A model generated the notes under the pieces. That model searched no databases. It had not been told where the DNA came from and saw only the letters and a list, made by a program, of their open reading frames with translations. DNA of 64,000 nucleotides. Source: a candidate division WWE3 bacterium (GTDB lineage Bacteria > Patescibacteriota > WWE3 > UBA101185 > UBA10185). Below, in pieces: positions 9,647-19,092 of the stretch. The position numbers were made by a program, and so were the translations under genes. Position 1 is the stretch's first letter. Each line of letters opens with the position of its first letter. The stretch is taken from positions 41,569-105,568 of the forward strand of contig JBPOHV010000001.1 of NCBI GenBank assembly GCA_052035175.1, in the 5' to 3' direction.

Positions 9647-10873
9647 TTATTGTCTACTACTTATACCCAAGATCACCCAAAACAAAAGGTGCGTTTGCTG
9701 TGAAGTAAAGAAAAAATGATCAAAAAACGACATTAGAAACACAACAAAAACAAGAGTAGAAGCGGTTTTATTGTTGTAAGAGTAAAATAATGCATTAACA
9801 AAGAACAAAACTAAAAACGTAAACACAATAATTCCATTTTCGGCTAAAACGAGTAAAAACAGATTATGAATCGGTTGAATAAAGTCAAACCTAGCAATAC
9901 TAGGAGCAAATTCAGTAATTACTTTGGCGCTAATATTGGACCCAATGCCATAAAATAAACTGTGATTAGCAATATCAAACGCAGCCGCATTCAATTCAAA
10001 ACGTCTGTACAACGATGCATGATTAGAAAACACAGCATTATCACCAAACAATGGTAAAACACTGTACAAAACCAAAATAGAAATACTTACGGGCAAAATA
10101 AGCGCACGTCTATCAAAATAAATTAAGCTTATTAATAAACAAAAAAAAGATATGTAACTAAAAGTTAAAAACAAGCATACACTCAGTACACAAAATAGCA
10201 CTTTGTATAATTTTTGATATCTTTGCGACTGTGTATTTGAAATAAGATACAAAGCACAAACTATAGCTATAACCAAAGCAGCTCCAAACGTGTTTGGGTG
10301 TCTAAATAGCCCATACGCCGGAACAATACTGCGCCCGAATAAATGTTCTTTAGAAATCCCAAAAGTGTTTGCTGTATACGGTTGCTCGCCAAATACAGCA
10401 TAAGTATTGAAAACAGAACCTTGGTTAATACTTTGAGCAATGCCCAATACGCTCACAAAAAACATAGATAAAACAATAAGCTTATATACGGTTACAAGTT
10501 GAAGATCTGATAAGGTCACTGTGTACAGCGCTACACAAATGTACAACACTGTGCGTAAAAAGATTGTAATAGACACCAAAGGTACCAATGAATAAAAAAG
10601 ACTAAGAAAACTACTAAACAAAAAAAACACAGCGAGATAAAAAAACTTGTGTTTGTATACAAATGTTAAATCTGGAGAACTCATAAACCAACTAAACAAA
10701 AAACACATACTCAAAATATCTTGCACATACAAAGTTGGAATTAAATAATCTAACAAAAAACCATCAACAAAAGAGAAATTATAAATAAAATGCAATCCCA
10801 AATTTATAGGAAAGCAAACTATCAATAACCAAAACAAAAATTTACTAATAACTACCCAATTAAATTTCGACAT
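9647..10873 (-). CDS. Polytopic membrane protein (~10 TM), O-antigen ligase/polymerase-like
   Basis: Highly hydrophobic throughout. Resemblance to the Wzy/WaaL family is weak. Confidence 0.45.
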   Translation of the reverse strand: MSKFNWVVISKFLFWLLIVCFPINLGLHFIYNFSFVDGFLLDYLIPTLYVQDILSMCFLFSWFMSSPDLTFVYKHKFFYLAVFFLFSSFLSLFYSLVPLVSITIFLRTVLYICVALYTVTLSDLQLVTVYKLIVLSMFFVSVLGIAQSINQGSVFNTYAVFGEQPYTANTFGISKEHLFGRSIVPAYGLFRHPNTFGAALVIAIVCALYLISNTQSQRYQKLYKVLFCVLSVCLFLTFSYISFFCLLISLIYFDRRALILPVSISILVLYSVLPLFGDNAVFSNHASLYRRFELNAAAFDIANHSLFYGIGSNISAKVITEFAPSIARFDFIQPIHNLFLLVLAENGIIVFTFLVLFFVNALFYSYNNKTASTLVFVVFLMSFFDHFFFTSQQTHLLFWVILGISSRQ

Positions 10874-10898
10874 AAACTATTTAAATTCAGCCAAATAC

Positions 10899-11681
10899 TT
10901 ACTTAGCCGTTAATCTTTTTTTATGGGCAGTTGCAACTATAGTATCAAAGTTGTGTGGTAATGCTACAAGTGTATCAATCTGTAAACTTCCTGCGATTAA
11001 ATAATCGGCAATATGGGGATTTTTTGAAAGTATTGGCCCATGCAAATATGTTCCAAAACTATTTTTATACAAAAAACCTTCTGTACCGTCTTCGCCATTA
11101 TTACCATAACCATGTAGAACTTTTCCCAAAGCTAGATCAGGAGTTCCCAAATAAGTTCGCCCACCATGATTCTCAAAACCTACCAAAGTATCTCCAAAAG
11201 TATTTATCTTTTTAAAAAGTTCATTTTGTAATAAAACGGGCGAAATTTTTACATTTAAATTTCCTATACATCTTGTTTTAAATTTACCAAAATGCTCAGT
11301 ATAAAGGTCAAAAATAGCCAGTCCTTCAATATATTCACCTGTAGCCGACTTGTAATATTTTCCTAACAGTTGATAAGAACCACAAATATATAAACCAAAA
11401 CCATTATTTGCTATGTAATCAGACATAAAAGTTTTTTTATTATTCAGAAAGTCCAAATACATTTCTCGTTGTTGTGCATCGGGCCCACCACCCATAACAA
11501 TAATATCTATATCTCTTACATTAATTTTGGCAACACTATCATGAATTGATATCTCATTAACTTCTACCTCAATACCGCGGTTTTTTGCACGATATACAAG
11601 TATTTCTACATTACCAGCATCACCATATAAGTTAAGATTTTCTGGATACAAATACGCTATTTTTAATTTTTTATTTGTCAT
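10899..11681 (-). CDS. gatD: Lipid II isoglutaminyl synthase, glutaminase subunit GatD
   Basis: Strong match to staphylococcal GatD: FENHGGRTY, HGYGNN, GTYLHGPIL, and the catalytic Cys in ICGSYQLLG. Confidence 0.8.
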   Translation of the reverse strand: MTNKKLKIAYLYPENLNLYGDAGNVEILVYRAKNRGIEVEVNEISIHDSVAKINVRDIDIIVMGGGPDAQQREMYLDFLNNKKTFMSDYIANNGFGLYICGSYQLLGKYYKSATGEYIEGLAIFDLYTEHFGKFKTRCIGNLNVKISPVLLQNELFKKINTFGDTLVGFENHGGRTYLGTPDLALGKVLHGYGNNGEDGTEGFLYKNSFGTYLHGPILSKNPHIADYLIAGSLQIDTLVALPHNFDTIVATAHKKRLTAK

Positions 11682-12811
11682 AATATTTTTCTACCCAGAA
11701 GTAACTTTCTCATATCAAGCATTGCAGAATAATTTGGGAAGCAAATGATATTTTTATAGATTTTTTGTTGCAAAAATTGAGTCAAATCAGTAATTAAATT
11801 GATATTGCCCGGATTAATGCCAGCATAACACAAACGGATATACATATCTTCAGCACGCGTTCCACAGACAAATACAGGCAAGTCTAAACAAAACTGTTTA
11901 AGCAATTGAGGTTGTATATCATAAATCCAAGATACATCCCGACCATCTGGTATTTTGTCGTTCAACATGAAAACTACAGAATCATATACCGCAGACGAAA
12001 TGAAAGTTAAATTATTGTTAGCACTTTGTGGGTTTTTATTTAAAAAAATAGTGTAAGTAACACTGTCTCGCGACACAACTTCACCGCGACCAAAAGCAGT
12101 ATCAACTGTAGAAATAGCCTCAATACTTTTTGCTTCATCTAGATTAAAAATGGCACTCAAAGCCAAAGCAGCATTTATGTTGTACGCATTAAAATCACCT
12201 TTGAATTTTGTCTGATTCAAATAAGTAAGATTGCCGTCAAAATACAAGGTTCTACCATTAAATATCTTTTGAAATTTATGAAAATTGTGTTGATCAGAAT
12301 TTATTAATAAAAATGCACTTTGTGGCAAAGATGCAATAGCCGTAAGCCATCTTTCAAAAATAACATCGGTTTCACCATAACGATCTAGCTGATCGCGTGA
12401 CAAGTTAAGCAAAATCAAAGCACTAGGTAATTTGTAAGACATAACAATAGGCAAATTAAACTCATCTATTTCAAATACACCAAAGTCAGCTACAGATTTA
12501 TTTAATAAACATGCAGTGACAACACCATTTAACAAATTGGCGCCACTATCGTTATGTATCACAGAGTAACCATTTTTACACAAAAGAGTGGTTATTAATT
12601 TGGACGTAGTTGTTTTACCATTTGTACCGCTAATAAAAACTAAACCTTTTGTAAATGAAATATGCTTATCAGATAAAACATCTGGATAAAGCATTAATGC
12701 AATGTGACCTGGCCAAGTCAAACCTGTACCCAGTTTAAAATTATTAATTAATTTATTTACTAAGTAAGCTATTACTTTTACACAATAAAATCTAAATGAG
12801 TTAGTCCACAT
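11678..12811 (-). CDS. murT: Lipid II isoglutaminyl synthase, Mur-ligase subunit MurT
   Basis: Mur ligase P-loop ISGTNGKTTTSKL. Overlaps gatD by 4 nt. C-terminal DUF1727-like region. Confidence 0.8.
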   Translation of the reverse strand: MWTNSFRFYCVKVIAYLVNKLINNFKLGTGLTWPGHIALMLYPDVLSDKHISFTKGLVFISGTNGKTTTSKLITTLLCKNGYSVIHNDSGANLLNGVVTACLLNKSVADFGVFEIDEFNLPIVMSYKLPSALILLNLSRDQLDRYGETDVIFERWLTAIASLPQSAFLLINSDQHNFHKFQKIFNGRTLYFDGNLTYLNQTKFKGDFNAYNINAALALSAIFNLDEAKSIEAISTVDTAFGRGEVVSRDSVTYTIFLNKNPQSANNNLTFISSAVYDSVVFMLNDKIPDGRDVSWIYDIQPQLLKQFCLDLPVFVCGTRAEDMYIRLCYAGINPGNINLITDLTQFLQQKIYKNIICFPNYSAMLDMRKLLLGRKIL

Positions 12812-13107
12812 ATAAGCTGTATATATTATATATATATTTAGTAGTAGTAATAGTAGTGTATGTGGATAAGTTGATAGTTTCTTTATTTGTTTTCATCTCA
12901 ACTTATTTTGTTTGCGCGATTTGTTAATAACTACTTTTTGGTTGTTCTTGCTCATTTTTATGTGCTTCATTTTAAGTTTATACTTTGCTGGTTTGTTTTT
13001 GCTTTGTTTATATCTGCCGTTTGTTTGTATATAACTTTGTGCAGATCTATTATAGTTATCCCCGTACCTTATAGTAATACACTAAGTTGTTCAGATATTG
13101 GTATAAG
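12812..13107. other. AT-rich intergenic region downstream of dnaA with a perfect DnaA box (12861-12869) and TA-repeat tracts. Candidate oriC/DUE.
   Basis: TGTGGATAA at 12861. tatatattatatatatattt at 12820-12840. A degenerate TTATCCCCG box at 13055. Confidence 0.35.
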
Positions 13108-14514
13108 TTATGCACTTGTGTAAATAAGATTTTTAATAGACTCTATTTGTTGCTTTATTTCTTGTTCTTGTTGTATTTGTTCGCCTACTTTTCTTACACC
13201 GTGCAAAATAGTTGTATGATCTCTTCCGCCCAAAAAATCACCTATTGTCATAAAAGGAGTTTTTGTTATTTCATACATCAGATACATAGCTACTTGTCTT
13301 GGTATTACTAAATCTTTAGTTCGACGTTTACCTTTTATATCCGTGCTTTTTAGTGAGTAGTATGTGCATACGTTTTTTAGTATGTGGTTCATGTTTACAG
13401 GTTTTTTGAAATCTATTCTCATTACATCACTTAATATATTTTTTGCTGTTTCTATTGTTATATTTGTTATTGGTATAGACTTTGCTTTTGCTACAAGTTG
13501 TATGTAAGCTCCTTCGAGTTCGCGTACATTGGTTGGCATATTCTCAGCGATAAAATCTATAACTTCATTTGAAACTGTATCTTTGTTCAGATCTCTTTTA
13601 CGTCTTAAAATTGCGCTTCGCATTTCCATATCTGGTGTTTGTATATCAACTGTCATACCACTTGCAAATCTAGATGTTATGCGTGCTGGTAATTTGGTGA
13701 ATTCTTGTGGTGGACGATCTGATGTAAGTACAATTTGTTTTTCTTCCATTGTTAACGTATTGATTGTATGAAAAAGTTCTTCTTGTGTGGTTTCTTTTCC
13801 AATAATGAATTGAACATCGTCGATTAACAGTACATCTACACTTCTATATTTTTCACGAAATTTGTTTGATGTATATTTTCCTCGAGCTTTACCCGTCTGT
13901 ACTAATTCAATAAGCTCATTTGTAAATGCTTCTCCTGTTGTGTATAAAACTTTTAGTGATGGCTTGTTTTCTAATATCTTGTTGCCAATGGCTTGAATTA
14001 GGTGAGTTTTTCCCAGACCGACTCCAGAATAAATAAACACTGGGTTATAGCTTTTTCCCGGATTATCTGTCGCTGCTGTAGCTACTGCGTATGCCAATTG
14101 ATTGTTTTTACCGATCAAGAAATTTTCTAGTGTATACTTTTTTGACAAGCCTGTATTTTGATTTGTATGCATTTGTGTGTTTTGCTCTTGTACTGTTTGT
14201 AATAAGGGTGCTTCTGCTATTTCTGGGATTTTATGCGTGATTGGCTCAAATTTTTCTACAATATATTTTATTTCAATGTGTTTTCCGTTTTTTCTATCTA
14301 CTGTGTCTTGTATCAATCCTTTTAATTTACCTGTTACCCATGATTTTACGATTGTGCTTTGGCATGCTATCAAGAGACCTTCTTGTGTAAGTGCTTTTGC
14401 ATTCGTTTTTGTTAACCAACTGTTGTATGTTCCTCCAGACAAAGTTAATTCTAACTCTGATAAAACAGAGTCCCACAACTTTTTTGCATCATTTTGTATA
14501 TAAGTATTACTCAT
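13108..14514 (-). CDS. dnaA: Chromosomal replication initiator DnaA
   Basis: AAA+ Walker A GVGLGKTHL. C-terminal DnaA-box-binding domain (VAMYLMYEI...GGRDHTTILHG). Confidence 0.9.
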   Translation of the reverse strand: MSNTYIQNDAKKLWDSVLSELELTLSGGTYNSWLTKTNAKALTQEGLLIACQSTIVKSWVTGKLKGLIQDTVDRKNGKHIEIKYIVEKFEPITHKIPEIAEAPLLQTVQEQNTQMHTNQNTGLSKKYTLENFLIGKNNQLAYAVATAATDNPGKSYNPVFIYSGVGLGKTHLIQAIGNKILENKPSLKVLYTTGEAFTNELIELVQTGKARGKYTSNKFREKYRSVDVLLIDDVQFIIGKETTQEELFHTINTLTMEEKQIVLTSDRPPQEFTKLPARITSRFASGMTVDIQTPDMEMRSAILRRKRDLNKDTVSNEVIDFIAENMPTNVRELEGAYIQLVAKAKSIPITNITIETAKNILSDVMRIDFKKPVNMNHILKNVCTYYSLKSTDIKGKRRTKDLVIPRQVAMYLMYEITKTPFMTIGDFLGGRDHTTILHGVRKVGEQIQQEQEIKQQIESIKNLIYTSA

Positions 14515-14591
14515 GATTTTCTGCAGCTTGCTGCATTTTCTTTAATTAGTTATTTTTGAGGGGGCAGTCTAATAAATTTATTAAACAAAAG

Positions 14592-14600
14592 TTATCCACA
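14592..14600. promoter_or_regulatory. Perfect DnaA box TTATCCACA in the dnaA promoter region
   Basis: Exact consensus 9-mer about 78 bp upstream of the dnaA start codon. Confidence 0.5.
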
Positions 14601-14604
14601 TTAA

Positions 14605-15369
14605 TCAACTAACTGTTGTTGTTGATTGTGCTTCTTTTGTCAGTTCCTGTATGTGTTTAAGACTGTCGGCATAAGCTTCTATTGCATCTTTATTTAAGTT
14701 TCCACAAAATCCTGAAAAATCTGTTGCAAATGTATGTATTATTCCGCTGTATGCTTTGTTTTTTGTTTCGTTATCCCAAATTATTATTTGTTCTATCCCT
14801 GCTTTTGCTGCTGCCATCGATCCAGTTGCTGAATCTTCAAATGCCAATGCTTCTGTATTGTTTACATCTAGCATTTTTAATATTTTTTGATACATTTCTG
14901 GATTTGGTTTTGGTTTGGATACTTCTGAAACAGTAACTATTGCATCAAATATTTCTGATAAGTCGAACATGTCCAAAACAATATCGGTAACATTTCTGGC
15001 GGTGTTAGTTACTAACCCCAGTTTTTTGCCATGATCTAGCTTTAATTCTTCTGCAAGCATATAGAACCCATCTTTTACTATTGGTGGATCTTCTTTAATT
15101 ATTTCAATAAATTTTAAGTTTGTAGCATTTACCAAGTCGGATACAGACATTTTTACGTTTGTATCATAATGGGTTTGAATTATGTCCCATATATCTGTTA
15201 GCGTTTTACCTTTGTTTGCAACGCCACCTGCATCAACCCAATCGATATTCAAGTTCTCTAGTACTTCGTCAACTGCATTGGCCCACTGTCTTTGTGTTTC
15301 GATTATTGTGCCATCCAAATCAAAAATTATTGCTTTTTTATCACCGAATATTTTTTTAAACATAATCAA
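14605..15369 (-). CDS. HAD-superfamily hydrolase (beta-phosphoglucomutase/phosphatase-like)
   Basis: Motif I FDLDGTI. Motif III/IV region (K...AFEDSATG). Confidence 0.7.
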   Translation of the reverse strand: MIMFKKIFGDKKAIIFDLDGTIIETQRQWANAVDEVLENLNIDWVDAGGVANKGKTLTDIWDIIQTHYDTNVKMSVSDLVNATNLKFIEIIKEDPPIVKDGFYMLAEELKLDHGKKLGLVTNTARNVTDIVLDMFDLSEIFDAIVTVSEVSKPKPNPEMYQKILKMLDVNNTEALAFEDSATGSMAAAKAGIEQIIIWDNETKNKAYSGIIHTFATDFSGFCGNLNKDAIEAYADSLKHIQELTKEAQSTTTVS

Positions 15370-15554
15370 CTCATGTACATTCTTTTGTTCTTTTGAAAGA
15401 CTGTAACTATAAAAATATAAATTGCAATTGGTGGACCTACAAGAACGTTAATAGGAAACAACAATATAGAGTAGTAACCAGTTTTTTGTAGGAATATTGC
15501 ATACCAAAGGCCTCCAATTAAGTAACCTATGGCCAACAAATACACAATTATCAT
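15366..15554 (-). CDS. Small membrane protein (2 TM), translationally coupled to the HAD hydrolase gene
   Basis: 62 aa, hydrophobic. Its stop overlaps the downstream start by 4 nt. Confidence 0.3.
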   Translation of the reverse strand: MIIVYLLAIGYLIGGLWYAIFLQKTGYYSILLFPINVLVGPPIAIYIFIVTVFQKNKRMYMS

Positions 15555-15592
15555 ATGTATATGTTATCATTAGTCTAAAGGATAATCTATTT

Positions 15593-15844
15593 ATGTCTAA
15601 TGATAATGTTCAATCAAATACACCTGTTTCCGAAGACACACCAGTTTCAGAACATCATAAATTTGTTTGCCCAAATTGTGGTGATATTAGTAGGGACGAT
15701 GTTATTTTTTTATGTAACAAGTGTGAGAGTGATCAGGTAATATTTAGTGACGGTATTTATATGTGCCCATCTTGTATGGCACCAGGTGAAAACTTCCAAT
15801 GCATGCTTTGTGATTCTAAAGCTGTCAAAATGATCGCTAACTAA
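15593..15844 (+). CDS. Small zinc-ribbon protein (4 x CxxC)
   Basis: Cysteine pairs CPNCG, CNKC, CPSC and CMLC. Start chosen at MSNDNV. Confidence 0.45.
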   Translation: MSNDNVQSNTPVSEDTPVSEHHKFVCPNCGDISRDDVIFLCNKCESDQVIFSDGIYMCPSCMAPGENFQCMLCDSKAVKMIAN

Positions 15845-16269
15845 GCTTCTTCCAAAAAATCTTTCAAAATAAAGTATGCCGCAATATGGTCTGTTGTACG
15901 GCGCTCCTTAACAGTCGCGCCAAGTCTTATCGTTTCTTCGTGTGCGTCCATTGATGTGCCAAACTCATCTTGATATGTAACATGCCTTTTTGTGTATATT
16001 CGTAGTTTCTTGCCAAATTGCATAACTTTTTTTGACATCTTTGTTTCTTTACCTGCATGAGAAAGAGGTAAACCTACTACCAGTTCATCAACATGGTTTT
16101 CTATACAGTATCTTGATATTGCTTGTATTGCGTATACTTCATTGTTAAGTGTAAGTGTTGTAAGTGGTGCTATTATGCCGTTTCTAGCCAACGCAAGTCC
16201 TATATTAGTTGTTCCGTAATCTATACCCAACACTGTTAATTTTTTAATGTCTGATTTGTTTTTTGTCAT
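15841..16269 (-). CDS. ruvX: Putative pre-16S rRNA nuclease / Holliday-junction resolvase-like YqgF
   Basis: GIDYGTTNIGLA N-terminus and an RNase H-like fold pattern. 142 aa. Confidence 0.65.
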   Translation of the reverse strand: MTKNKSDIKKLTVLGIDYGTTNIGLALARNGIIAPLTTLTLNNEVYAIQAISRYCIENHVDELVVGLPLSHAGKETKMSKKVMQFGKKLRIYTKRHVTYQDEFGTSMDAHEETIRLGATVKERRTTDHIAAYFILKDFLEEA

Positions 16270-17801
16270 TCTTTTTGCGTGTCTATTTCGATATTTGTAG
16301 ATTCTGTTGGAATGTTTCTAAAGAATGGCATAGTTGGAGCTATATTAATCTCATATGTGCTTATATTCCTTATTTCGCTGATTATCCTTGCAGCCTCTTG
16401 TTGATTTTTGCCTGCTAGTTCTTGTTTTAGCGTTTCATCATTTATGTCTGGTACCACAAAGGTTTTGAGCGTGACTTGTAAATCGGCTTCTTGTGATGAC
16501 AATTTGGTTTGCGCCGATTTCCCCAAAACTTCTGTTTGGATTTCTTCATCTTTTGTTGATAATACGAAGCCTTGAGGCACTAATTCCTTGGTTACTTCTT
16601 GCATCACCTTTTCTAGGTCATTTGGTGCATATACAAGGCCTTTTATATTTAAAGTTTGGTTTAGTGTTAGTTTGTTGGTTTCGTCATTTTCTTTATGACT
16701 GAGCGTTTCTTTTAACAGTATGATTTCTTCAGACCCATCTACAAGCTTTTGTGTATTTGCTATTTTTTCTTTTAATTTTCTTTTTGAGTTTTCATTGATT
16801 GTAGCCTTTATCTCTTCTTGTGCTTTTGCTATATCGGCTTTGGATACTACTTTCACAGTATCACTAGAACCGCCGTCCAAATCTTCTTTTACCTGGGCAT
16901 ATGCACTAGATGCAGAGTATTTATCTATATCCAACTTCTCGTCTTTGGCTATATTGTAGACTTTACCAAAGCCATTAGCTGTAATTGCAACATCTGCTGT
17001 ATGATATTTGACTACGCCTTCAGTTTCTCCCGGTGCCGGCGGAAGTATCTCACGCGCGGGTATTGATACTTCTTCGTCTGTTTTGTATTCCAAATCTTCT
17101 TCGTCAAATGTCAGTTTGGTGCCTTTTTTTAATTCAATGTCGTTGTCTGTGTTGTTATATATAGTTACAGTTCCTTGCGCGTAGTTACCTATCAATTTTT
17201 CTCCTGTAGTTTCTATTTCTATAGCTTCATCTATTGTTGTTTCTACTGTTTTGCCAGAAATGACTTTTTGATCTGGCGACGCTTGTCCGCTAGCTAGTAC
17301 TTTTATTTGTAAACTCCTTGTTAATGGTTGCGAGTTAACAACTATCTTGATATTTGCATGCGGTAGTGTTTTGCCCACGTATATATATGTTGCTGCTAGT
17401 AATGCGAAAATTACCCCAATCACTATCGGCGTTTTTTTCATATTTGTTTGTGAAAAGTTTGGTAAACGTATTTGCATTTTATTAAATTTAAATTTACTCA
17501 AATCTGGCATTTGTAAACCCAGCTTGAATCTACTTGTGTTACTTTGTTCTAACGTGTTGTCATTTTCAATTGTATCATCGAGTAAATTAATAAGACTTTG
17601 TGCTTTTCGATCATTTGTAATGAAATGTACCGTTTTACCTTGTTGTTCTAATTGCTTTTTTATTAGTTTAAGATTGACAACATTTTCAGCAATCAAAGCA
17701 TCTTCCGGGATTTCTAGTTCTATCCCAAAATCGTTTATATCTTTTATTTTATTTATTACAGAAATTACATTGTCGTGTATTTCTAAAGCTAGTTTAGTCA
17801 T
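16266..17801 (-). CDS. Bitopic membrane protein. 125-aa cytoplasmic N-domain, one TM, ~370-aa extracytoplasmic domain. Operonic with the actin-like ATPase.
   Basis: TM helix PIVIGVIFALLAATYIYV. Overlaps the upstream gene by 4 nt. An internal INLL motif (SLINLLDD) is present. Confidence 0.5.
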   Translation of the reverse strand: MTKLALEIHDNVISVINKIKDINDFGIELEIPEDALIAENVVNLKLIKKQLEQQGKTVHFITNDRKAQSLINLLDDTIENDNTLEQSNTSRFKLGLQMPDLSKFKFNKMQIRLPNFSQTNMKKTPIVIGVIFALLAATYIYVGKTLPHANIKIVVNSQPLTRSLQIKVLASGQASPDQKVISGKTVETTIDEAIEIETTGEKLIGNYAQGTVTIYNNTDNDIELKKGTKLTFDEEDLEYKTDEEVSIPAREILPPAPGETEGVVKYHTADVAITANGFGKVYNIAKDEKLDIDKYSASSAYAQVKEDLDGGSSDTVKVVSKADIAKAQEEIKATINENSKRKLKEKIANTQKLVDGSEEIILLKETLSHKENDETNKLTLNQTLNIKGLVYAPNDLEKVMQEVTKELVPQGFVLSTKDEEIQTEVLGKSAQTKLSSQEADLQVTLKTFVVPDINDETLKQELAGKNQQEAARIISEIRNISTYEINIAPTMPFFRNIPTESTNIEIDTQKE

Positions 17802-19054
17802 AATTCTTCAAATAAACTTACAAGCGCTTCTGGCTTAAACCATTCTACTGATTGTATTTTACCAGTTGCATCGTGTATATACGGTTCTATTTGGTTTAGT
17901 GTAATTCTATAGATTACAGGGTTACCTTTGAAAGGTATGCTGCGCGTCCATTGTGTAGTGTGCAAGACTTCTAGCGTGTCTTTTATTTGCATACCCTTTC
18001 CAAAAACATAAATATTTGGTGGAAAAGTTCTAACTCCTGTAAATTCTGAGAATAAAATTTCGACACCGCTTAGCCACATATTGGTTATCTCAGCTAAACA
18101 AGTTTTGATAGTGTCTACTTCGGCTTGTGTTAGTGTGTTTTTGCAATAAGCAGTCAAAACTCTTTGACCTTCTTCTAATGTAATACCCATTTTTAAACTC
18201 AATTCCTCTGCAAAGTGCCTGTATCCAATATTTAACACGCGCGTGCTTACTATACCTCCACCAAAGACAACACATATTTCTGTGTAGTCTTCTTCGATGT
18301 CCAATAATAAACAATCTAGTACATTGATGTTTAACTTTTTTAACGATTCTAGAATCGCGTACAGCTCTGATCCTATTGTGAGAAGTGTAAGCTGGGCTTT
18401 GTTGACACACTTTTTCAGCGTATCCACATGCTTTTTTGGTGTGAATGATGATGATAACGCTTGTTCTATTGTATCGCCGGTAAGGTTATATGTGCGTATT
18501 TGTTCATCCGAGACATATCTGCCGTCAATCTTTGTGTAAACAATATTTGAGGATGTGTCTATCAGATCTGTTTCTGTATTGCCGGTGATTTCAATATATT
18601 GGTTATAAGCTTCTATGCTTGCTGCGTCGGTGATTCTTTTTGAAATGTCTTGGAGCTCTTTTGGTGTAATAGCGCTTTCTCTGTGTGCGCGCACTGATTT
18701 TGCAGTTGTTATGACTCCAAGAGATAACTCACCAGAAACGCCTAAAATAACGCTATTCACAAAGTCTTCTTGTTCTTGATTTATTTCTTGCACAACTGAT
18801 GCTAGTGCCTGTGTTAACAAATCACTTCTAATTATATTTCCGCCTCTTATTGTGCCCGGCTCAAGAAAATGTTCTGCAAATGCAATTATTTTATATGGGG
18901 CTTGTGGCGCAACAGACGGTACGATGTTCGTATTTTGATCTGTTTGCGTGTCTTTATAGATAAGTAAACATTTAACTGATTCGCAGTTTATACTTATTGT
19001 TAAAAATCTGTTTGGTATTGAGGGTGGTTTTGAGAAAAAGGGCAACTTAAACAT
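17798..19054 (-). CDS. Actin-like ATPase (FtsA/PilM/ParM superfamily)
   Basis: The 418 aa are consistent with a two-domain ASKHA fold. Degenerate phosphate-1 region LTISINCESVKCLLIY. Exact family not resolved. Confidence 0.45.
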   Translation of the reverse strand: MFKLPFFSKPPSIPNRFLTISINCESVKCLLIYKDTQTDQNTNIVPSVAPQAPYKIIAFAEHFLEPGTIRGGNIIRSDLLTQALASVVQEINQEQEDFVNSVILGVSGELSLGVITTAKSVRAHRESAITPKELQDISKRITDAASIEAYNQYIEITGNTETDLIDTSSNIVYTKIDGRYVSDEQIRTYNLTGDTIEQALSSSFTPKKHVDTLKKCVNKAQLTLLTIGSELYAILESLKKLNINVLDCLLLDIEEDYTEICVVFGGGIVSTRVLNIGYRHFAEELSLKMGITLEEGQRVLTAYCKNTLTQAEVDTIKTCLAEITNMWLSGVEILFSEFTGVRTFPPNIYVFGKGMQIKDTLEVLHTTQWTRSIPFKGNPVIYRITLNQIEPYIHDATGKIQSVEWFKPEALVSLFEEL

Positions 19055-19092
19055 TAGTTACATTATAGGGGATGGGGGATGGTGTGTAAATT

